Shown: piece by piece, positions 57,568 to 64,000 of the stretch | Position numbering within the stretch: the stretch's first letter is position 1 | Layout: the number at the start of each line of letters is the position of its first letter | Assembly: GCA_910586345.1 (NCBI GenBank) | Contig: CAJUHC010000001.1 | Coordinates: 38,164-102,163, forward strand | From: an uncultured Christensenella sp. | GTDB taxonomy: Bacteria > Bacillota > Clostridia > Christensenellales > Borkfalkiaceae | Length of the DNA stretch: 64,000 bases | Reading direction: 5' to 3' | Made by a program: the position numbers and the translations under genes | Notes under the pieces: generated by a model | What the model saw: only the letters and a program-made list of their open reading frames with translations | What the model was told of the DNA's origin: nothing | Database searches by the model: none

Positions 57568-59529
57568 TTACAGCCACTGTTTATCGAGATAATTAAATCT
57601 CTTAGTAAGCCATTTATACAAATGGTCGACTGCGTCGGACTGGTTTTTAACGTTTTGCTGTATTTCCCATACGCTCTCGCCGCTAACTACAAAGCCCCAT
57701 CTTTCGAAATTACGCTTATATTCCTGCGAATTATAATACGTCCTCAATTCTTTTACGTACGAAAGCGCGCCAGTCTGAACTCCGGCTCTATTCATTTCCT
57801 GCCACTTATCTTTGACCATATTCCAGAACCAGCTTTCGTTTATGAATATGATTACCCAAGGATTCGAACTGTTTGCGGCGAATAACCCTTCGCCGCTTGC
57901 ACAAGCATCCTTCAACCCGAAAGCAGAGTCAAAATCCCAAGGCGCCTCGAACCGAAGAAGATTATTTTCGGAATCCGCGCCCAAATCGACGTCCATAAGG
58001 AAGCTCGACCAGCCTATGTCGTAGTCGCACACTATTTCGCAGTGTATATACATATCTACGAGCGATTTTATATCAATCACCTTGGAAACGGTTTCCCGCA
58101 CGGGATTATCCGTTGCGGGCGTATAAACGACGAGCCCGGTAAAGTCACCGTTGAACGCGTAATACTTATGGTTATAAACCGCCTCGTAACAAATCTTATA
58201 CAGATTGTTCATATAGCTTTCTATAAATCTTGTCTGACTGATGTCGTAAATATCGTTCTTTATTGCAAAACCTTTCTGGTCCGGCGTTACCCTGTTGCCG
58301 CTTCTCGTTTTCAGCGGGCCGTATTTTGCATAATTGCATTCGAATCTCTCGGTTTCGATTTCGAGTTTATAATATCCGTCGTATTCGATAAAATATCCTA
58401 TATCCGTCCCGAGATAAGGTTCGCCCTCGGGGGTTTCGGGTTCGGTAATATTTATGCGCTCCGCATTAACCTGCTGTTGTTCGGCAAGAAGATAAACGCC
58501 CCAATACTCGCCGTTTAAGTAAAGTTCGACCTGACGCGAGTCGGACGAATAATAACCGTCCGTTTCGAAAATCTGATTGCCGAGGTAGAACGCAAGACTG
58601 TTCCTCTCCAAAGAAACGTCCTTATAATCCGCAAGCAATACCCAGCTTTTGCACTTTGCACCTTCGTTGAGCCCAAGCATAGGCTGTTTCTTGTCGAATT
58701 TGATTCTGAACGGTTTTTTGGGATACGTAGTAGTCCAATTTCCGCGCACCTTAATTCCCGCGGTCTTTTCAAGTTCGTATTCGGTTTCGCAATTGCTCAG
58801 CTTTACGGTACACTCGTGATACTGCCAATCTATATTGTTGGCGGGATTGTTGTTATCGAAACTCGGCACGTCCCGCGTCGCGTCCGAAATAAAATCCGAC
58901 GCCGCTTGAACGTCTATTCTCGGAAGCCGTGCGCTTAAATGCGGTTTGTAACCGTAAACAGGGTCTTCGGGTTTGGTTTGAGGCTGTTTTTCTCCGCAAT
59001 GCTTACAGGAGCCGTCGATGTATTCGTGAACACAAGGTTTACCGCAAACTTTGCACTCGCCGTTCTCATAAGTCCGGTGACTGCATACCGTTCCGCATTG
59101 CGTACACGCGCCGTCCGCATAAACGGGATGTTTGCAGACTATTCCGCATTCGGCGCAAGTCCCGTTAACGTAATCTGCGTGCGAACAATGAGCCGAACAC
59201 TCTTTACATATTCCGTTCACGTATTCCGTGTGCCCGCACACGGTGCCGCAAACGGCACATACTCCTTCTTCATATTCTTCGTGAGCACACGCAGAACCGC
59301 ACTCGGCGCAGACTCCGTCTTCATACTCTTCGTGAGCGCATACTGTACCGCATCTTATGCAAACCCCGTTCTCGTATTCGCTGTGCGGGCATAAGCTTCT
59401 GCAAGCGCTGCAAACTCCGTCCACGTAGGTATGCTTACATTCCATACAGCCAGCAAACATACCTAATGCGATTACAAGTACGCATAAAATAGCGATGCTT
59501 TTAATTGGCAAGTTGTTTTTTGTTCTCAT
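57568..59529 (-). CDS. CotH-family (atypical kinase fold) lipoprotein with an N-terminal array of nine Cys/His repeats
   Basis: Trimmed to the ATG at 59529 (GGGAGG RBS). Lipobox MFAGC. CotH-like core includes FRIKFDKK and LRFEAPWDFDSAFG. Confidence 0.7.
   Translation of the reverse strand: MRTKNNLPIKSIAILCVLVIALGMFAGCMECKHTYVDGVCSACRSLCPHSEYENGVCIRCGTVCAHEEYEDGVCAECGSACAHEEYEEGVCAVCGTVCGHTEYVNGICKECSAHCSHADYVNGTCAECGIVCKHPVYADGACTQCGTVCSHRTYENGECKVCGKPCVHEYIDGSCKHCGEKQPQTKPEDPVYGYKPHLSARLPRIDVQAASDFISDATRDVPSFDNNNPANNIDWQYHECTVKLSNCETEYELEKTAGIKVRGNWTTTYPKKPFRIKFDKKQPMLGLNEGAKCKSWVLLADYKDVSLERNSLAFYLGNQIFETDGYYSSDSRQVELYLNGEYWGVYLLAEQQQVNAERINITEPETPEGEPYLGTDIGYFIEYDGYYKLEIETERFECNYAKYGPLKTRSGNRVTPDQKGFAIKNDIYDISQTRFIESYMNNLYKICYEAVYNHKYYAFNGDFTGLVVYTPATDNPVRETVSKVIDIKSLVDMYIHCEIVCDYDIGWSSFLMDVDLGADSENNLLRFEAPWDFDSAFGLKDACASGEGLFAANSSNPWVIIFINESWFWNMVKDKWQEMNRAGVQTGALSYVKELRTYYNSQEYKRNFERWGFVVSGESVWEIQQNVKNQSDAVDHLYKWLTKRFNYLDKQWL
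58987..59439 (-). repeat. Nine in-frame tandem repeats of about 51 bp encoding C-x-H-x2-Y-x2-G-x-C-x2-C-G units
   Basis: The units are CKHTYVDGVCSACRSL, CPHSEYENGVCIRCGTV, CAHEEYEDGVCAECGSA, CAHEEYEEGVCAVCGTV, CGHTEYVNGICKECSAH, CSHADYVNGTCAECGIV, CKHPVYADGACTQCGTV, CSHRTYENGECKVCGKP and CVHEYIDGSCKHCGEK. Confidence 0.8.
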
Positions 59530-60058
59530 TTTTTCCTCCCAAAGGCCCGTATAAGCCGACAAACAGCGTAATGGGCATTATTGCCTTAATTTTTCTTATC
59601 AGTTCTTCGTTTGTTTCAACGCATTTATTTTTAAGCCAAGCCATAAGGACGTCCGTTACGTAGTGCGTAAAAACGTCGGCTGAATAAGCGTAATATTCGT
59701 CTTCATCCGCTCCTGCGTTTTCCGAAAAATATTTGCGCATAAGCTGTTCGTGATACGAACGCAACGAATTTATATCCTGCGACTCGAAAGCGTTTATAAT
59801 TATCGACGGGCTGTTTTTGAACGAATTCATAGAACGGCTCAGAAAACTTTCCCAAGTCTGAGCGCCGTTCAAAATACCGTTATAAAAATGATTCTGAAAA
59901 CTGCATATGAGAAGGTGATATTTATCCTGATAATACTTATAAAACGTGCCCTTGCAAATACCTATCTCGTCAATCAAATCTATTACACGAATAGAATCTA
60001 TTTTCTTTGTTTTAAGAAATTTCAGCAAAGTCGTTTCAATATAATACTCTATTTTCAT
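59501..60058 (-). CDS. TetR/AcrR family transcriptional regulator
   Basis: N-terminal HTH (IRVIDLIDEIGICKGTFYKYYQDKYHLL). Its 3' end overlaps the CotH start by 29 nt. Confidence 0.8.
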   Translation of the reverse strand: MKIEYYIETTLLKFLKTKKIDSIRVIDLIDEIGICKGTFYKYYQDKYHLLICSFQNHFYNGILNGAQTWESFLSRSMNSFKNSPSIIINAFESQDINSLRSYHEQLMRKYFSENAGADEDEYYAYSADVFTHYVTDVLMAWLKNKCVETNEELIRKIKAIMPITLFVGLYGPLGGKNENKKQLAN

Positions 60059-60061
60059 TGC

Positions 60062-61801
60062 TTACTCCAATACGAAAACCGCCGCGCGGAAACTATCCGC
60101 GTCGGCGAGCGCCCTGCCTTCGTCGTCGATACGCAGATACTTACAGGTCGAATATGAAACGAACACCGTTCCGTATTCCGTTTGTACGGGATAAAATCTT
60201 GCCTCGTTCGAAAGCGAGCCTACCGCGGTTATAAAATTTTCTCCGCCGCTTTTCGATACCGACAAATATTTCCCGCCGGCAGATATATAAGCGCTTCCGT
60301 CTTTCGAATTATGGTAGATTATAGAAAACGTATATTTATCGCCCGAACCGCCCGTTGCAAGCAACGTCTTTCCCCCGCTTTCTTTCATAATGAGAGGAAG
60401 ATTATCCACGCCGTAACGTATTTCATAGCTTCCCGCTTCCGGTTTATAAACATACTCTTTGTCCGTGTATTCTGAATACAGACGTTCAAGCGTTCCTATT
60501 TCGACTTTTCCGCCGTCTTCGCCTCTGCCGTAAAACGTGTACTTATCAGCGGCGGCGCCGTCTGTCCTGAGATTTTTAAATTTTCCGAGTATAACTTCGT
60601 AATCGTCGGAGTACGCGTCTACCTTTTGGCTATTATCCGCGGTTATATTTACGATACCCCAAGCCATTCTGCCCCAGACTTTATAGGTCCAGCTTACCCA
60701 ATGCCAATTGGAACGGTTCAACAGTCCGAGAGTATACTCCCATTTATATGGCGAAGAATAGCTCGTAAACTCGCCCATTTGCAAAGGAACGCCGAAATTC
60801 TGCGACGTAACGTTGGATATTTTATTGTTCCAATCAAGATTGTGCGCAAGTTCTCCGTCAGCGCTCGTATCCGTATTGCTCGTATAATGATGGAAAGAAT
60901 ACATACAGTTTTCCCATCCGTAAACTTCCGGACGCGGTAAATTTTCGCCGTTCCAGCACGATTCGAAAATTATTATGTGATTATCGCCGTTCTCTCTTAT
61001 TTCTTCGTATACTTTATCGAAGAAATCCCAGTGCCTCTGTTCCGTGCTGTGAACTCCGTCGTTGCCGTTCCCTTTTCTTTCGCCGGGCTCGTTGAGAATA
61101 TCGTAACCCGCAACCGCAGGATTGTCTTTATAATGCTCCGAAAGCGCGCCCCAAAGCTTTACAGTCAGCGACTGCATCCGTTCGTTCGAGTAGAAATCGA
61201 CTGCACGGTAATCTTTGATTTCTCCGGAATGGTCCTGCCCGCTCTGAGAACCGTACGCACCGTGCAAATCGAGTATCGTATACAAACCGTATTCCGCTGC
61301 TCTTTCGATAAATGCGTCCAAAGCCGAAAAGTCGTAGTTCTTTCCCGCGTTGTCATAACTCGTTATTGCGTCAAAGTCAACGTTCATATACGTAAAAGGC
61401 AGACGGATAACGTTCATACCCATATTGACACAGTTCTCGAAATCGGTATCAGTCCACCAGTTCGCGCGGTATTCTTTCCACAGTTCTTTCGTCTTCTCCG
61501 CACCGAACCTGTCTATAAAAATTTTCGTAAGAGATTTATAATCGTTGTTGGGCTTGGTGCCGTAGGAAAATCCCGTCATCCAATGTTCGGTTACGAAAAG
61601 TCCGCCCGCGTTGACTCCGCGCAGAAAAACGGTATTTCCTCCGCAATCTTTAACCAGCTCCCCTTCGGCTGTAAGATAATCGTTCTCACCGAGCTTTTGA
61701 TAAGGCCATACTTCTTTGTTTTTACAGCCTCCGAACCCCGCGAGACACATTATCGAAACAGCTAACGCTACAACCGCCGATATAAACTTTTTAACTTTCA
61801 T
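60062..61801 (-). CDS. Glycoside hydrolase family 5 lipoprotein
   Basis: Lipobox LAGFGGC. Catalytic acid/base in GYDILNEPGE and nucleophile region LQMGEFTSY. I preferred the ATG at 61801 (GGAG RBS) to 61813. Confidence 0.8.
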   Translation of the reverse strand: MKVKKFISAVVALAVSIMCLAGFGGCKNKEVWPYQKLGENDYLTAEGELVKDCGGNTVFLRGVNAGGLFVTEHWMTGFSYGTKPNNDYKSLTKIFIDRFGAEKTKELWKEYRANWWTDTDFENCVNMGMNVIRLPFTYMNVDFDAITSYDNAGKNYDFSALDAFIERAAEYGLYTILDLHGAYGSQSGQDHSGEIKDYRAVDFYSNERMQSLTVKLWGALSEHYKDNPAVAGYDILNEPGERKGNGNDGVHSTEQRHWDFFDKVYEEIRENGDNHIIIFESCWNGENLPRPEVYGWENCMYSFHHYTSNTDTSADGELAHNLDWNNKISNVTSQNFGVPLQMGEFTSYSSPYKWEYTLGLLNRSNWHWVSWTYKVWGRMAWGIVNITADNSQKVDAYSDDYEVILGKFKNLRTDGAAADKYTFYGRGEDGGKVEIGTLERLYSEYTDKEYVYKPEAGSYEIRYGVDNLPLIMKESGGKTLLATGGSGDKYTFSIIYHNSKDGSAYISAGGKYLSVSKSGGENFITAVGSLSNEARFYPVQTEYGTVFVSYSTCKYLRIDDEGRALADADSFRAAVFVLE

Positions 61802-61834
61802 TTTTCGCTCCATATTACTTATTTATTGTAACAT

Positions 61835-61916
61835 ACGTACCGTACGTTTGCAATAATTTACAAAAATTGCAATGTATTTACAAAAGACGTAATAAAAATG
61901 CAATGTTTTCAAAAAA
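61835..61916. promoter_or_regulatory. Palindrome ACGTAC-c-GTACGT plus three direct repeats of about 19 bp (TTGCAAT..ATTTACAAAA) in a divergent promoter region
   Basis: The palindrome is at 61835-61847. The repeats are at 61848-61865, 61867-61885 and 61898-61916 (the last is degenerate). Confidence 0.4.
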
Positions 61917-62160
61917 GATTAATTTTTATTATGCTCGTTCGATTTGGTATAATTATATACTTTTTTATATTTTAGTCAATATTTTATACTATATTAAATA
62001 AAGTATATTGCCAATAATTGGCTTTTGGGCTATCATTAATAAGGAATCGATTTACAATATTATATAATTGTCAATCTGCGGAAAAACCGTGAACGGTAAT
62101 TCGCCGTTCCGTTTTTTTAATAAACAGAAAAATTTTTTTAGGAGGAGAAAAAACAAGACA

Positions 62161-64000
62161 ATGAAAGCAAAAGAATTTAAGGCAATTGCTTTTTCGTGCG
62201 CCGGAGTATTGCTCGCGCTGTTATTAGTGCTCAGCATTGCAATCGGAGTATTCTCGAAAGAACTTGATAAGTTCGTTGTAGGATACAAAGAAAGCGGAGC
62301 CGATTCGGCGGCGCGCGCAAAAAGCGCAGAACTTGCGGAGCAAATTCAGGACGAAGGAATCGTTATGGTCAAAAACGATTCTCTTCTGCCTTTGAAGAAA
62401 GCGGAAGCTTCGAAGGTCAACGTATTCGGCTGGGCGGTTACCGACTGGGTTCTCAGCGGTTCGGGTTCGGGTCAGGTTAAAAGAGCCAACTCCGTCGACC
62501 TGCTCACCGCGTTGAAAGACTACGGCATAGATTACAATACGCAATTGACCGATATGTACAAAAAATTCCGTCCTTACCGCGAATACAGTCAGGGCGGCAG
62601 TCATTCGGGAGCTCCGTCGGCAGGCAATCCGAACGATTCGGGTTCGCTTCATAGCTTCAACTATGAATTCAGCCGTTTGTACGAGCCTGCTATTGACGAT
62701 ACGAGTTATTATACTGTCGATATGCTCAACAACGCTAAAAACTATTCCGACACCGCCTTCGTCGTAATCGGCAGAGTTTCAGGCGAAAGCAACGATTCTC
62801 CCGCCGTTCAGTATAAGCAGACTGCCGGCACAAATAAGCAGTCGGGTATGCTTTCCGAAGACAAAATCGACAGAAACCGCACTTATCTCGAAATTTCCGA
62901 AGAGGAAGAAAAACTCCTGACTTACGTAGGTGAAAATTTTAAAAACGTAGTCGTTCTCATAAACTCAACCAACGTTATGGAACTCGGATTTATGGAAACC
63001 ATTCCCGGACTCGACGCGTGTCTCGTAGTCGCGACGACGGGTACGGTAGGAGCGAAGTCCGTTCCCAAAGTTATTTACGGCGACGTTAACCCCTCCGGTA
63101 AGCTTGCGGATACTTACGCTTACGACCTTTCCACTGCCTCTACCTATGTAGACACCGGTAAAGGCAACGATACGACGCATTTCTATACCAACGGCAACGG
63201 TTTATATCCCACGAACGTACAGCACACCAACGGAAGTTCAAACGTTCCCTATACGGGCGTTGCTTATCAGGACTACCGCGAAAGCATTTACGTCGGATAT
63301 AAATGGTATGAAACCGCCGACACGGAAGGTTTCTGGGACAGTAATTACGCCAAAACAAAATGGGGAATTACAAACGGATACAAAGACGTGGTTCAATATC
63401 CTTTCGGATACGGTCTTTCCTATACGGAATTCGAATGGGAAGTAACAAACATCAAAACCGACAAGGTTATCGGCAATGGCGCGACGGTAGACAAAGACGA
63501 CGTCGTAGAAATACTCGTCCGAGTAACCAACGTAGGCGAAACAGCGGGTCAGGACGTAGTAGAACTTTATTACTCTACCCCCTATGAAACAAACGGAAAA
63601 ATCGAACAGGCTTCGGTAAATCTTCTTGCGTTCGGCAAAACACAGAAAATACTGAAAAAGGGCGAGCACGAAGACGTAAAACTTTCGTTCACCGTTTCCG
63701 ATATGGCTTCTTACGATTATCTCAGCGTTAAAACCACCAACGGCGGTTACGTTCTTGAAAAAGGCGAATACGGACTCTCTTTCCGTACCGACGCGCATAC
63801 CTTAGCGACAGATAAGCTTATCGACAGCGATTTCTTAAAAGGCGATACGCTGACTTTGAATATAGCGCAGGATACACGTTGCAACGAAGAATCGGAGAAC
63901 CGTTTTACAGGCACCAATACTACCGACGGAGTTGCCATTGACGGCAACAGCGACGGTTCCGCAGAAATCACCTATCTTTCGAGAAAGGATTTTGAAAGAA
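62161..64000 (+). CDS. Membrane-anchored glycoside hydrolase family 3 protein, 5' part (open at window end)
   Basis: My own translation begins MKAKEFKAIAFSCAGVLLALLLVLSIAIGVF (TM helix). It continues with a GH3 C-terminal-type domain (...VIYGDVNPSGKLADTYAYD..., QYPFGYGLSYTEFEW) and an Fn3-like segment (VRVTNVGETAGQDVVELYYS). There is no in-frame stop through 64000. Confidence 0.8.
   Translation, partial: MKAKEFKAIAFSCAGVLLALLLVLSIAIGVFSKELDKFVVGYKESGADSAARAKSAELAEQIQDEGIVMVKNDSLLPLKKAEASKVNVFGWAVTDWVLSGSGSGQVKRANSVDLLTALKDYGIDYNTQLTDMYKKFRPYREYSQGGSHSGAPSAGNPNDSGSLHSFNYEFSRLYEPAIDDTSYYTVDMLNNAKNYSDTAFVVIGRVSGESNDSPAVQYKQTAGTNKQSGMLSEDKIDRNRTYLEISEEEEKLLTYVGENFKNVVVLINSTNVMELGFMETIPGLDACLVVATTGTVGAKSVPKVIYGDVNPSGKLADTYAYDLSTASTYVDTGKGNDTTHFYTNGNGLYPTNVQHTNGSSNVPYTGVAYQDYRESIYVGYKWYETADTEGFWDSNYAKTKWGITNGYKDVVQYPFGYGLSYTEFEWEVTNIKTDKVIGNGATVDKDDVVEILVRVTNVGETAGQDVVELYYSTPYETNGKIEQASVNLLAFGKTQKILKKGEHEDVKLSFTVSDMASYDYLSVKTTNGGYVLEKGEYGLSFRTDAHTLATDKLIDSDFLKGDTLTLNIAQDTRCNEESENRFTGTNTTDGVAIDGNSDGSAEITYLSRKDFER

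Noticed and set aside
58987-59439. The 51-bp periodic repeats as a CRISPR-like or other non-coding array.
   Set aside because: The repeats are degenerate at the DNA level and lie in frame inside a long ORF. They are conserved at the protein level (the C-H-C-C pattern), and there is no spacer/repeat alternation.
62052-63971. Minus-strand ORFs 62052-62288, 62224-62652, 62965-63180, 63140-63358, 63238-63798 and 63747-63971.
   Set aside because: All are antisense to the open-ended plus-strand GH3 gene (62161 to beyond 64000), which has clear GH3 motifs. None has motifs or an RBS.

Overview
This 64-kb chromosomal window looks like a Bacillota/Clostridia-type anaerobe. That guess has low confidence and rests only on gene content, lipobox-rich exoproteins and SD-type RBSs. 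Almost all of it is coding.

Left to right:
(1) 1-5266, minus strand: a V-type ATPase operon in the order G-like, I, K, E, C, F, A, with subunit A truncated at the window edge.
(2) 5342-6673: a MATE efflux gene, followed by a cluster of same-orientation DnaA boxes (6697-6855).
(3) 7002-10669: grpE-dnaK-dnaJ without hrcA or a CIRCE element.
(4) 10.9-19.6 kb: a thiol/redox neighbourhood. It contains a 1096-aa TlpA-domain lipoprotein, a small paralogous lipoprotein, a Cys-rich protein, a NapH-like polyferredoxin fused to an extracytoplasmic TlpA domain, a membrane partner with a C-terminal CxxC, and an L-cysteine-desulfidase-like protein.
(5) 19.7-40.5 kb, minus strand: an apparent operon of about 20.7 kb. 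It encodes a GLUG-repeat lipoprotein, a 2412-aa S8 cell-envelope protease, a lipoprotein, an 897-aa family-5 binding protein, OppB/C/D-like components and an OppF-like ATPase fused to a membrane domain of about 420 aa.
(6) 40.9-42.5 kb: yitT-like and SGNH hydrolase genes.
(7) 42584-43921: a tRNA-Ser(GCT) gene split in its anticodon loop by a 1.24-kb insert. The insert carries an intact replacement tRNA-Ser(GCT) and hicAB but no recombinase.
(8) 44147-45600: two signal-peptide-less DUF11-like proteins, one with an extremely Cys-rich tail.
(9) 45.7-64 kb: a glycan block. It holds GH18, a lipase, Glf, ROK kinase, GT2, a Tyr-phosphatase, GH3, a beta-helix lipoprotein, a CotH lipoprotein with nine tandem C-H-C-C repeats, TetR, GH5 and a second GH3, which is open at the window end.

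No CRISPR array, rRNA, transposase or integrase was seen. All functional calls come from motif recognition by eye in the supplied translations and from my own translation of the two edge-truncated genes. No database search was run.
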